Part shown: in pieces, positions 18,377 through 28,270 of the stretch
Numbering within the stretch: the stretch's first letter is position 1
How the letters are laid out: each line of letters starts with the position of its first letter
NCBI GenBank assembly: GCA_963662335.2
Contig: CAXXVD010000003.1
Span: 160,001 to 224,000 of the forward strand
Reading direction: 5' to 3'
Origin: Chloroflexota bacterium
GTDB taxonomy: Bacteria; Chloroflexota; UBA11872; VXOZ01
DNA length: 64,000 bases
The notes under the pieces: generated by a model
What the model was told of the DNA's origin: nothing
Database searches by the model: none
Seen by the model: only the letters and a program-made list of their open reading frames with translations
Program-made: the position numbers and the translations under genes

Positions 18377-20260
18377 ATGAAACGGTTCGCGGTGTTCTTT
18401 GCCCTAGCCCTCTTCCTGCTCGCGCCGGCCACACTTTCGGCGGCGGAGTGCCAGTTCGTCCTCGGCTTCAAGACCTTGCGCGACCTGGTCGGCCACGATG
18501 TCGTCGGCGAGTGCCTGGAGAACCAGCGCTACTCTGCCAACGGGAACGCGGAGCAACAGACCACCGGCGGCCTGCTGGTCTGGCGCAAAGCCGACAACTG
18601 GACCGCCTTCACCGACGGCTACCGCACCTGGATCAACGGCCCCAACGGCCTGGAACAACGGCTCAACACCGAGCGCTTCCCCTGGGAGACGGACTACGCC
18701 CCCGGCGGCGGGAGCGCTACCCCTGCGCCCACGCCTACACCAAGTTCAACAGCCGATACTACAGCCACCCCGGTGGCCGCGACTACGCCACTTCCAACGC
18801 CTGAAGCCACAGCCACTCCTGGGCGCACACCCACACCAATTCCAACACCCGATCGCACACCCTCTCCTACGCCGACGCCCGATATGACGTTGAGGGTCGC
18901 TGCGGCGACACGGGAGGTCTATGCTCTGCCTTGGGCGCGGGATGGTGAAAGCCTAACTAAGCTAGAAAAGGACGCACTACTTTATCTGCAGAGTGTTGCT
19001 GGATACTTCCCAGATGTGGCGATGGTTCTCGTGCGGAGGCCTTGGCTGCGTGACGGTGTGAATTGGGAAGAACATCAGGTGATAATTCAACTGCCTCATG
19101 TCATCAACTGGCTGGACGCTGAGTCAGCCTTACGATTTGTGAAGATGCCTTTCCTCGAGGCGTCTGCGTCAATGGAGGATAGCGTTGTTCTGTATACTCT
19201 CGTAGACATGATGACCTACAGTCCAAACCCGGACAAACGAGAGGTCCTGCGAGAGGCGCTCGCGGATCCCTTGCTGCGCGACGGCATCGAGGACGGTTAC
19301 CGAAATCGCGTGGAATTCGTAGCAATTGGCAAACGGTCGCCTGAGATTGTGGCAGCCATCTACTCTTTGCCCTGGATCCAGGACGGCGTTGAAGGCTCCG
19401 AATGGGCTGCCATGACCGTACTCAGCGAAGCATCCATAAGAGCGCCGCAGTTTATCCCAGAATTGGTCTCGCACTCTTGGGTACAAGATGGTCTCGACAA
19501 GGGCGAGATAGACAGGGCTTGGAAACTCTTGGGTCAATCATCCGGGCCCGCGCCCACACCAACGCCCGATATATCGGCTGAGGTCGCTGCGGCGAAACGG
19601 GAGATTTCCGCATTGCCCTGGGTGCGGGACGACGTCAAAGAACCCCCGGATTGGGGAATATCATCATTCCCACTTAGTACACTCGAGGAACTACGGCGAG
19701 CGCTACACCGATTGCAGACAATCGCTGAGAATTCTCCAAGAGCGGCGAGGGTTCTCGTGCGGAGACCTTGGCTTAGGGATGATTTGAGTGAGCCTGAGTA
19801 TCAGGCATTGATGCGTCTATCCTATTTCGCTAAGTTCGATGCGGAGTCAACCCTCAAACTTGTGAGGATGCCTTTCCTCCATTCGTCTGTAGACCGGGGC
19901 GACGCAAGTATCCTGCATGCATTGGACAGCATGATTGCACACAGTACAAATAAGCAAGAGGTCCTGCGAGAGGCGCTCGCGCATCCCTTGCTGCGCGGCG
20001 GCATCGAGGACGGCTACCGCACGCGCGTGGAATTCGTAGCTATCGGCCAACGGTCTCCTGAGATAGCAACAGCCATTTACTCCCTACCTTGGATCCAGGA
20101 TGGCCTTGAAGGCTCTGAGTGGGAAGCGATTACCGTCCTCTACGAGGCGACCTACTTTAAAGAGTTTATCCCAGTCTTGGTTTCGTATCCCTGGGTACGA
20201 GACGGCCTCACTAAGGCCGAACAAAAGAAGGTTTGGGAACTCATGAGGGAGTACTTTTAG
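18377..20260 (+). CDS. Secreted/surface protein: conserved AECQFVLGF N-domain, Pro/Thr linker and duplicated LPWxxDG repeat domain
   Basis: Signal peptide and PT-rich linker. Two roughly 225-aa internal copies, with near-identical DNA blocks such as GAGGTCCTGCGAGAGGCGCTCGC near 19241 and 19958. Confidence 0.85.
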   Translation: MKRFAVFFALALFLLAPATLSAAECQFVLGFKTLRDLVGHDVVGECLENQRYSANGNAEQQTTGGLLVWRKADNWTAFTDGYRTWINGPNGLEQRLNTERFPWETDYAPGGGSATPAPTPTPSSTADTTATPVAATTPLPTPEATATPGRTPTPIPTPDRTPSPTPTPDMTLRVAAATREVYALPWARDGESLTKLEKDALLYLQSVAGYFPDVAMVLVRRPWLRDGVNWEEHQVIIQLPHVINWLDAESALRFVKMPFLEASASMEDSVVLYTLVDMMTYSPNPDKREVLREALADPLLRDGIEDGYRNRVEFVAIGKRSPEIVAAIYSLPWIQDGVEGSEWAAMTVLSEASIRAPQFIPELVSHSWVQDGLDKGEIDRAWKLLGQSSGPAPTPTPDISAEVAAAKREISALPWVRDDVKEPPDWGISSFPLSTLEELRRALHRLQTIAENSPRAARVLVRRPWLRDDLSEPEYQALMRLSYFAKFDAESTLKLVRMPFLHSSVDRGDASILHALDSMIAHSTNKQEVLREALAHPLLRGGIEDGYRTRVEFVAIGQRSPEIATAIYSLPWIQDGLEGSEWEAITVLYEATYFKEFIPVLVSYPWVRDGLTKAEQKKVWELMREYF

Positions 20261-20366
20261 CTACGGATGAAGGCTGGTCAAACCGGCGGCGTTCTACACT
20301 TGCAATGTGCCATTGTTGGACGATAGAGACGAGTTCGATGCGCTGGCGTAGAGGTGATCGAACAGC

Positions 20367-21560
20367 CTAGTCGTCACTTTGATCCTCTTCCTGGATGCGC
20401 AAGTTCTCCAGCTTCAGCAGTTGCCGTTCCATGGCGCGGCGTCTGGTGCCGGTGAGGGTATCGAAGTCGTTGGCCAGGCGCTGGAAGTCGTTTTCCAGTT
20501 TTTCCAGGGCCTCGGCGTAGCGCGACCATTCTTTGGAGAACGCGCTCAGGAGGGCGAGCGTCTCGCCGGCGGTTTGCTGGAGGGTGAAGAACTCGGCGGC
20601 CTGGCGGATGACGCTGAGCACGCCAAAGAGGCTGAACGGCGAGCAGAGGACGACGCGGCTGGCCAGGCTGTCTTCCAGCAGCGCGCCGTCGCGTTGCAGG
20701 ATGAAGCCGTAGACTTGCTCCAGCGGGATGAAGAGCAGGGCGCAATCCACCGTACTGGCGGCGGGATCGATGTACTCGCGGGTGGCGACGGCTTTCACGT
20801 GGCCGCGCACGTCGCGCAGGAATTGTTGTTCCAGGCGCTCGCGGGCGTCGCCGTCTGCCGCCTCCAGGGAGCGCAGGTAGTTGTCCAAAGGAAACTTGAC
20901 GTCCATGTTCAGGCGGCGCTCGTTGGGCAGGGAGAAGGTGAAGTCCGGGCGCGTGCCCGCGGCCGTGGTCGTTTGCTTCGTGTAGTGGATGTTGGGCAGC
21001 AGGCCGGCGGCTTGGAGCACGTCCTCGGCCATGCGCTCGCCCCACGCGCCCCGGGCGCGGCTGTTCGCCAACGTCTCGCGCAGCGAGTTCGTGGTCTCGG
21101 TGAGCCGTTGGGTCTGGTCGGCGGTGTTGCGGATTTCGGTGGTCAGGGCGCTCAGCCGCTCCCCGCTCTGGGCCTGCACGTCGGTCATGAGCGCGCGCAC
21201 CTGCTCCAGGGTCGCGCCCATCTGGCCGAGTTGCTGGTCGATCAGCCGCTTCTTGGCGTCGAAGTCCTGGGAGCTTTGCGTCTGCTGCGCGCCCAGTTCG
21301 CCCTTGGCGATCTCCACCAACTGGCCGGTGCTTTGGTTCAGCGCTTGCAAGGAGAGCGTGCCGAACTGGTCGGCCACCTGTTGCAGGAGCGCCTGGATTT
21401 GCTCGTGCTGGGCGCGCTCGGCCTGCGCTTGGATGCGCGCGCCGACTTCCGCGGCGGCCCGCCCGCGCCAGAAGCCCAGCAGCCACGCCAGGACGAGACC
21501 GAGAATCAGCCCGGCAAGGCCGCCGATGATGAGTTCTGAAAAGTCGATTGCGCTATTCAC
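20367..21560 (-). CDS. rmuC: DNA recombination protein RmuC
   Basis: N-terminal TM, coiled coil, RGAWGE, RPDF..LP, MDVKFPL and LFIPLE motifs. Confidence 0.92.
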   Translation of the reverse strand: MNSAIDFSELIIGGLAGLILGLVLAWLLGFWRGRAAAEVGARIQAQAERAQHEQIQALLQQVADQFGTLSLQALNQSTGQLVEIAKGELGAQQTQSSQDFDAKKRLIDQQLGQMGATLEQVRALMTDVQAQSGERLSALTTEIRNTADQTQRLTETTNSLRETLANSRARGAWGERMAEDVLQAAGLLPNIHYTKQTTTAAGTRPDFTFSLPNERRLNMDVKFPLDNYLRSLEAADGDARERLEQQFLRDVRGHVKAVATREYIDPAASTVDCALLFIPLEQVYGFILQRDGALLEDSLASRVVLCSPFSLFGVLSVIRQAAEFFTLQQTAGETLALLSAFSKEWSRYAEALEKLENDFQRLANDFDTLTGTRRRAMERQLLKLENLRIQEEDQSDD

Positions 21561-21883
21561 AGCAACCTTCCGCTTGGAAGTGAAATCGCACCCTCACCCC
21601 GGCTCTCTCCCCAGGTAGGGAGCCATTCCGCACAGGCGGGGGACAAGCCCTCATGCTGTCGCACTAGACAGAACGATAGCAAAACCCGCGTCTCAAATCT
21701 CCAGCAGCGTAGGTTTGAAACCTATGAGGCTATTAGGTCAATCCTTTTTCATGTCAGTTTCAATAGTTCCGGCGGGGGACAAGCCCCCGCGCTACGTTAA
21801 TGCGACAGCATAGGGGACAAGCCCTCGCGCTACGGCCCTCTCCCGCGGAGAGAGGAAGATAGAGTTGCGGCCGCTTGTCGGTG

Positions 21884-22690
21884 TCACGCCAGGCCGCGGC
21901 GGGCGCCGGCGTCGATGTCGATCGACGTGCCGGTGATCATGGCCGCCTGGTCGGAGGCCAGGTACGCCACCAGATTGGCTACGTCTTCCGGCAAAGTCAC
22001 GCGCCCCAGCGGGTTGGGGGCGCGCATCTCCGCCGCGGCCGCTTGCGCGGACGTGCCCCGCAGCCGCTCGACTTGCGCGGCCATGTCGTCGATCAGGCCG
22101 GTCTCCGTCAGGCCGGGATTCACCATGACCACGCGAATGCGGTCCTGCGCCACCTCGTCGGCAAACGTTTTGGTGAAGGCCAGCAGGCCGGCGTTCATCA
22201 CGCTGGCGATTGCCAAGCGGGTCGAGGGGTCGTGGGCCGAGCCGCCGCCGATGAGGACGATCGCGCCGCCGCCGCTTTGGCGCAGGTAGGGTACGGCCTC
22301 GCGGGCGGCGCGGATGTAGCCCAGCAGCTTGAGGCGGATTTGCTCCTCCCAGGCGGCGTCCGGCACGTCCAGCGTGCCGCCGATGGTGCCGCCGCCCGCG
22401 CAAGCCACTACAGTGTCCAACCGGCCAAGTTGCCCGTGGGCCGTACGCAGGGCGGCTTGGACGTCGCTGAGTTGCGTCACGTCGGCGGTGAGGCCGATTG
22501 CGCGGCGGCCGGTCTCCTGGGCGATGGCGCGGGCCGCCCGTTCCACGGTATCGGTCGTGCGCGCCAGCAGCGCCACGTCCGCGCCCCGCGCGGCCAGAGT
22601 GCGGCCGATTGCCCGGCCGATGCCCCGGCTGCCGCCGGTAACAACCGCGGCGCGGCCTGCCGCCCGGCTCTCCGAGATCTGCGATTCCAT
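21884..22690 (-). CDS. SDR family oxidoreductase (atypical active site)
   Basis: TGGSRGIG, VNPG and ITGTSIDIDAG motifs. No YxxxK. Confidence 0.88.
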   Translation of the reverse strand: MESQISESRAAGRAAVVTGGSRGIGRAIGRTLAARGADVALLARTTDTVERAARAIAQETGRRAIGLTADVTQLSDVQAALRTAHGQLGRLDTVVACAGGGTIGGTLDVPDAAWEEQIRLKLLGYIRAAREAVPYLRQSGGGAIVLIGGGSAHDPSTRLAIASVMNAGLLAFTKTFADEVAQDRIRVVMVNPGLTETGLIDDMAAQVERLRGTSAQAAAAEMRAPNPLGRVTLPEDVANLVAYLASDQAAMITGTSIDIDAGARRGLA

Positions 22691-23147
22691 AGCATTGCTC
22701 CCGCGTTCTTGGCGCCGCCGCTGCGCGCGGCGGGCGCTCACCTTGTTGCATACAGTACGTCTATGTTATAATTGTTGAAAAGCGCGCGTGCTGTTTTGCA
22801 GATACGCACAAGCCACATTGCAAGTTATGAAAGAATGTTCTATACTTTATCGAAAAGAGGCCATGCGCTCGCCCAAAGCGCCGTCCGCACCTTCGCGCCG
22901 CGTACCGTGCCTGGCCTCGTGCCGCGTTCCAGGTTGCGCATCGCGGCGAGAACGGGCCGGCGGTGCGCGGCGGTCGCGGCAGGCGGCGGCGTTCCTTCTG
23001 GTATCTTGCGCGCTATCGTTGCTACAATGAATCATGTGTAGCATATCCCATTCCGCTGCAAAGTGCCGCTCAGGGCGCCTGGGAGCGCGCGGACGGCGGC
23101 CTTGAACCGAGCTAACGCAACGTAGTACGAAGGACGGAGAGAAGACT

Positions 23148-25088
23148 GTGGCCAGATGGCAGAAGATTGCGCTATTGGTTGTCGTGCTGGGGGCGCTGGT
23201 CGCCGCCGGGCGGTTCGTCGTCTTGCCGCGCCTGAGCGGTGGTTCGGGCGACGCGGTGGCGGTGGAAGAGACGACGTTCGTCACCATCGGCCGCGGCACG
23301 CTCAAATCCACGGTCAGCGCCTCCGGCAGCATCGTCTATCCGGAGCAGGTGAATCTCGGCTTTCCGGTCGCGGCAGACTTGCGTGAAATCCTGGTGGCCG
23401 TGGGCGACGAGGTGGCGGTGGGCGCGCCGCTGGCCGCCATTGACGACACCGATCTGCGCATCGCGGTGCAGGAGCGGGAGGCGGATCTGCGCACGGCCGA
23501 GTTGAACTACGAGAAGCTGGCGGAGCCGGCGCGCACCGAAGACGTCCGCACCAAAGAACTCGCGGTGGCCGATGCCGAGACCAGGCTGGCGGAACTGCTG
23601 GACGGCCCGACGCAAACCGAAGTCAACGACGCGGAGACGGCCGTGCTCAGCGCTCAAGTTGCCTACGATAGAGCCGTCACGGCGCTCGAGGCCCTGCGCA
23701 ATCCCACGGCAAGCGACGTGTCCGCCGCCCGCAACGAGGTCAAGAGCGCGGAAGCGGCCCTGGCGGCGGCGCAGGAGAATCTGGACGCGCTGCGGGCGGG
23801 CGGCACCGAGGCCAGGGTGCAAGCGGCCGCTAATGCGCTCCTGATAGCACGGAACAGATATTACGAGGAGAGAGAGCGCATAAAGGATGAGATCCAGAAA
23901 CTCATCGATGAGTTGGAAGACGCCGAAGAGCGTCTGGATGATGCCAAAGAAGAGCATGAGGAGCGGAATAACGCCTTTACCGAGCGCGTCCTGGAGGATG
24001 CGCAGGAGAACTACGACGAGGTAAAGGAGAAGGTGGATGAAGAGGTAGAGGAGTTGACCCTGCAACTCCTGCCAAACCCGTCGCGCGGCACGAGAGCAGG
24101 CGAACTCTTGGGCGCGGCGAGAGAGGCGGAGTCAGCGTATGAGAGTGCGCAAGTGTCGGCAGCGGACGGCGAGCAGGCGGCTGAGCGCAGCGTGGATAGC
24201 GCCATGCGCACCCTGACTGTCGCGCAGGATAGGCTCGAAGCCTTGCTCAACCCCGCGGCGGAAGACGTGACGCTGGCCGAAAAGGAGGCGCAGAGCGCCC
24301 GCTTGAGCCTGGAAAACGCCCAGCGCAAGCGAACCGAGGTGCTGGAGGGCCCGCAGAGCGATGAAGTGGAAAAGGCGCGCAACGATTTGGAACTCAAGCG
24401 CCTCGACCTGCAAGAGACCCGCGCCGGGGCCGCCAGCGAGGATCTTGAGTTGGAACGCCTGAAAGTGGAGCGCGCCCGGCGCAACCTGGAAACGGCCCAA
24501 CAAGACCTGGCGGACGCCATCCTGCGCGCGCCCTTTGCCGGCGTGGTGGCGGCCGTGAACGGCAGCGTGGGCCAGAAGCCGGAAGCCGTTGTGGTCACGC
24601 TGGTGCGCACGGACCGGGTGGAGATGCACGCCCGCGTGGATGAGGCGGACGTGACCAGCGTGCAGAAAGGCCAACCGGTGGTCGTGACGCTCTTCGCCTC
24701 TCCCGACGCCAGTATCGCCGGCACGGTGGACACCATCTCGCCGGTTTCCACTACCGAGCAGGGCGTGGTGCTCTATCCCATCACCATTCGCCTGGATCCG
24801 GGCGGCCAGCGCCTGCCGGGCGGCCTCTCCGCCAACGCGATCATCGAGGTGGCCAGCCGCAGCAACATCCTGCTGGCGCCAAATCGCGCCATCCGGCGCG
24901 AGGAAGAAGAGCGCGTGGTCTACGTGCGCGTGGATGGGAACACCCTGGAGCGGCGCGTGGTGGAAACCGGCGTGCGCGACAACGAATTCTCCGAAATCCT
25001 CAGCGGCTTGAGCGAAGGCGAAGAGGTGGCAATCATACCGCGCACCGGCGGCACTATCGGCAGCGGCTTCAACGTGCGCACTCGCTAG
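23148..25088 (+). CDS. MacA/HlyD-family periplasmic adaptor with a very long coiled coil
   Basis: N-terminal TM, VSASGSI, lipoyl halves (VAVGDEV; LRAPFAGVV), VDEADV and GLSEGEEV motifs. Confidence 0.88.
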   Translation: MARWQKIALLVVVLGALVAAGRFVVLPRLSGGSGDAVAVEETTFVTIGRGTLKSTVSASGSIVYPEQVNLGFPVAADLREILVAVGDEVAVGAPLAAIDDTDLRIAVQEREADLRTAELNYEKLAEPARTEDVRTKELAVADAETRLAELLDGPTQTEVNDAETAVLSAQVAYDRAVTALEALRNPTASDVSAARNEVKSAEAALAAAQENLDALRAGGTEARVQAAANALLIARNRYYEERERIKDEIQKLIDELEDAEERLDDAKEEHEERNNAFTERVLEDAQENYDEVKEKVDEEVEELTLQLLPNPSRGTRAGELLGAAREAESAYESAQVSAADGEQAAERSVDSAMRTLTVAQDRLEALLNPAAEDVTLAEKEAQSARLSLENAQRKRTEVLEGPQSDEVEKARNDLELKRLDLQETRAGAASEDLELERLKVERARRNLETAQQDLADAILRAPFAGVVAAVNGSVGQKPEAVVVTLVRTDRVEMHARVDEADVTSVQKGQPVVVTLFASPDASIAGTVDTISPVSTTEQGVVLYPITIRLDPGGQRLPGGLSANAIIEVASRSNILLAPNRAIRREEEERVVYVRVDGNTLERRVVETGVRDNEFSEILSGLSEGEEVAIIPRTGGTIGSGFNVRTR

Positions 25089-25152
25089 CCGGGCGCGCCA
25101 GGGCCGGACAAGGCCCAAAGCGCGCGCCGGACCGAGAGATGGGACGACGACC

Positions 25153-26112
25153 ATGCGCGACCCCGTAATCGAGACGACCGAACTCCGGAAGACCTACGTG
25201 ATGGGGGATTCTGAGATCCACGCCCTGGACGGCGTCTCCATCCAGATCGGGCGAGGCGAACTGCTGGCGATCACCGGGCAATCCGGCTCGGGCAAGTCCA
25301 CGCTCATGAACATCCTCGGCTGCCTGGACCGGCCCGACGGCGGCGTCTACCGGCTGGAAGGCGAGGACGTCTCCACGCTGAACGATAACCGCCTGGCGGA
25401 AATCCGCAGCCGCAAGATCGGGTTCGTCTTCCAGTCGTTCAATCTGCTGCCCCGCGTGAACGCCCTGGAGCAGGTGGAACTGCCGCTGCTCTACGGCGGC
25501 GGCCGGCGTGAGCAGCCGCAAGAGGCGGGGCCGGCCGCGGGCCGCGAACGAGGCCCGGCCGGCGGGCAGGAGCAGCGCGTCGCCACGGCCCGCAGCCTGC
25601 TGCTGCAACGCGGCGGCTCCCGCTGGCGCGACCGGGCGCGCGAAGCCCTGATCGCCGTGGGCCTGGAAGACCGCATGAACCACAAGCCGACGGAACTTTC
25701 CGGCGGCCAGCAGCAGCGGGTCGCCATTGCCCGCGCCCTGGTGACCGACCCGGCCATCATCCTGGCCGACGAACCCACCGGCAACCTGGATTCGCGCACT
25801 AGTGAGGAACTGATGGCGCTGCTGCTCACGCTCAATAGCGACCGGGGGATTACGGTAGTCTTCATCACCCACGAGGAAGAGATCGCGCGCCGCACCAACC
25901 GCATCCTGCGCATGCGCGACGGCCGCATCGCCGGCGAGGAGCGCGGTGAAATGGGCGGCGCAAACAAGGCCGCGCCCGCCCCACCCGCCGCAGACGCGGC
26001 GCCAACGCCGCTGGGCGCGCAGAGCCGGGGCGCGGCGGCAGGCGCCCTGCGGCAAGCGGGGGCGTCGCCGGTGCCGCCGGCGCAGCCGCCGCGTGACGAG
26101 GCCGGCCCGTGA
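25153..26112 (+). CDS. MacB/LolD-type ABC ATP-binding protein
   Basis: [34 protein letters not shown] and [10 protein letters not shown] motifs. Confidence 0.95.
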   Translation: MRDPVIETTELRKTYVMGDSEIHALDGVSIQIGRGELLAITGQSGSGKSTLMNILGCLDRPDGGVYRLEGEDVSTLNDNRLAEIRSRKIGFVFQSFNLLPRVNALEQVELPLLYGGGRREQPQEAGPAAGRERGPAGGQEQRVATARSLLLQRGGSRWRDRAREALIAVGLEDRMNHKPTELSGGQQQRVAIARALVTDPAIILADEPTGNLDSRTSEELMALLLTLNSDRGITVVFITHEEEIARRTNRILRMRDGRIAGEERGEMGGANKAAPAPPAADAAPTPLGAQSRGAAAGALRQAGASPVPPAQPPRDEAGP

Positions 26113-27365
26113 ACGTCGCCACGCTCAAAGTGGCGCTCAGCGCCCTGGCCGCCAACAAACTGCGCACCATCCTCACCCTGCTGGGCATCGTCATCGGCGT
26201 GGCCTCGGTCACGGCGCTCATGTCGATCGGCCGGGGCGTGGAGAAGCAGATCACCGGCGAACTACAGGCCACCGGCACCAACGTGCTCTTCATCTTCAGC
26301 GGGCGGCCCAGCGGCTCTTCCAGCGAGGCCCGCGTCGAGGAACTCACCTACGAGGACGCGCAAGCCTTGGAGGAGTTGACGTGGGACGGGACGTTGGTGG
26401 GCGTGGCAGCGGCGGGCAGCGAGTTGCGGCTGAACGTGGTGGCGCAGGGCCGGGACACGAGCGTATCCGTGAGCGGCGTGACGGCAAGCTATCCCGACGT
26501 GAACAATCTCACGCTGGCGTATGGCGATACGCTGACGCAGTCGGACATCGACTCCCGCGCCACCGTGGCCGTACTGGGGGCTAACGTGGCCGCTGACTTG
26601 TTTCCGGACGCCGACCCGATCGATCAGACTATCCGCGCCGCAAACCTGCGCCTGCGCGTGATTGGCGTGCTGGAGGAACAGGGCGGCGGCGGCTTTGGCG
26701 GCAGCCCGGACGACATCGTCCTGATTCCCATCACCACCGCCCACGCCCGCCTGAGCCGCTGGCTCACCGCCCGGGGCGAACAGCCGGTCAGCAGCATCAG
26801 CGTGGAACTGCTGGACGCCGAGGAAGAGACGATAAACACCGGCTCGGCCGCCATCCGGGAGATCCTGCGCGAGCGGCACGAGATTCCCGACGAAGAGGAA
26901 GATGACTTCATCATCATCAGCCCGATAGACCTGATTGCGGCGGTGAGCGGCGCTTTAGCCGTCTTCACCGCCTTCCTGGGGGCGATTGCGGGCATTTCCC
27001 TGCTGGTGGGCGGCATCGGCATCATGAACATCATGCTGGTCTCCGTGACCGAGCGCACCCGCGAGATCGGCATCCGCAAGGCCGTGGGCGCGAAACGGCG
27101 GGACATCCTCATCCAGTTCCTGGTGGAAAGCGTGGTGGTGAGCCTGCTGGGCGGCCTGCTGGGCATCCTGCTCGGCGCGCTGATCTCCTTTGGCATCGCG
27201 CAGATTCCGCTGGGCGGCGACGGCGAAACCCTGCAAACGGCCATTACGCTGGACATCATCCTGCTGGCCGTGAGCGTCTCGGCGACGGTGGGCATCTTCT
27301 TCGGCATCTATCCCGCCAACCGCGCCGCCCGCCTGGACCCCATCCAAGCCCTTCGCTACGAGTAA
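26109..27365 (+). CDS. MacB/FtsX-type ABC permease
   Basis: [38 protein letters not shown] and [17 protein letters not shown] motifs. Confidence 0.95.
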   Translation: MNVATLKVALSALAANKLRTILTLLGIVIGVASVTALMSIGRGVEKQITGELQATGTNVLFIFSGRPSGSSSEARVEELTYEDAQALEELTWDGTLVGVAAAGSELRLNVVAQGRDTSVSVSGVTASYPDVNNLTLAYGDTLTQSDIDSRATVAVLGANVAADLFPDADPIDQTIRAANLRLRVIGVLEEQGGGGFGGSPDDIVLIPITTAHARLSRWLTARGEQPVSSISVELLDAEEETINTGSAAIREILRERHEIPDEEEDDFIIISPIDLIAAVSGALAVFTAFLGAIAGISLLVGGIGIMNIMLVSVTERTREIGIRKAVGAKRRDILIQFLVESVVVSLLGGLLGILLGALISFGIAQIPLGGDGETLQTAITLDIILLAVSVSATVGIFFGIYPANRAARLDPIQALRYE

Positions 27366-27432
27366 CGGCCCGCCGCCCGGCGGCAATCATGTCCCCTGTC
27401 CCTGAAGAGACCTTTGCAAAACCCCCGGCGTA

Positions 27433-27562
27433 TGTCATTCCGAACGGAGCGCAGCGGAGTGAGGAATCTAAGGTGAAACCCGCCAAGAGCAGCGCCTCTG
27501 CTGAAGTGTCCAGTCGATTCGGCTGCAACGCCCTTAGATTCCTCGCAGCGCTCGGAATGACA
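27433..27562. repeat. Palindromic repeat family D
   Basis: TGTCATTCCGAACGGAGCGCAGCGGAGTGAGGAATCT...AGATTCCTCGCAGCGCTCGGAATGACA; same arms as the copy at 1802. Confidence 0.85.
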
Positions 27563-27637
27563 GCACGGGTGACCAGGTATACAAATAGCTCCTTCGCATA
27601 GAACCGTCTGCGGAGCTAACTGACAGGGAGGTCTGCT

Positions 27638-28249
27638 GTGCAACAAGGATCCTCGTACGATGAGCGCTATGCGGCCCCGGCGTATCACTGGGGCACGAAA
27701 CCCTCTGCCATTTGCGCGCGCGTCTTGCAATTGCTGCCCCCGGCGCGGCGGCCCTTGCTGCTGGACATCGGCTGCGGCGAGGGCAGGAACGCGGTCTACT
27801 TTGCGCGCAACGGGTATGCGGTGACGGCGTTCGATCTGGCGGCGGCCGGGGTGGCCAAGACGGAACGCCTGGCGGAGGCTGCGAACGTGCGGCTGGCGGT
27901 CTTTCAAGCCGACATGAACGAGCACCGGTTGGCGGAGAGTTTCGACGTCCTGTTCTCAACCGGCGTCTTCCACCTCGCGCCCCGCGCGCTGCGCCAGGAG
28001 CTTTTTTCCCATTACAAACAACACACGAATTGCGGGGGGTTGAACGTCTTCTCCGTCTTCGTGCGCAAGCCCTTCATCGGCAAAGCGCCGGATAGCGACC
28101 CGGGCGCGGAGCCGTGGCTCTCGGGCGAACTCCTCACGCTCTACCACGATTGGAAGATCGAGTACTGCACTGAAGAGATCTTCGACTGTATGTCCGGCGG
28201 CATTCCGCACCAGCACGCGATGAGCCGCATGATCGCGCGGAAGCCATAG
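27638..28249 (+). CDS. Class I SAM-dependent methyltransferase (TehB-like)
   Basis: LLDIGCGEGRNAVYFA motif. Confidence 0.85.
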   Translation: MQQGSSYDERYAAPAYHWGTKPSAICARVLQLLPPARRPLLLDIGCGEGRNAVYFARNGYAVTAFDLAAAGVAKTERLAEAANVRLAVFQADMNEHRLAESFDVLFSTGVFHLAPRALRQELFSHYKQHTNCGGLNVFSVFVRKPFIGKAPDSDPGAEPWLSGELLTLYHDWKIEYCTEEIFDCMSGGIPHQHAMSRMIARKP

Positions 28250-28270
28250 ACGCCCCGCGGGGCAGTCCCT

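Noticed and set aside
22829-22841. LexA (SOS) box GAAAGAATGTTCT between the SDR and macA
   Set aside because: It mismatches GAAC-N4-GTTC, is a single site, and the flanking genes are not SOS-type.
27256-27601. Short ORFs containing CHSERSEES / VARGLVPR / AGDKPPRY / LDSGFRRND (also near 1764, 31209, 43575, 62123)
   Set aside because: These are translations of intergenic palindromic repeats, not genes.
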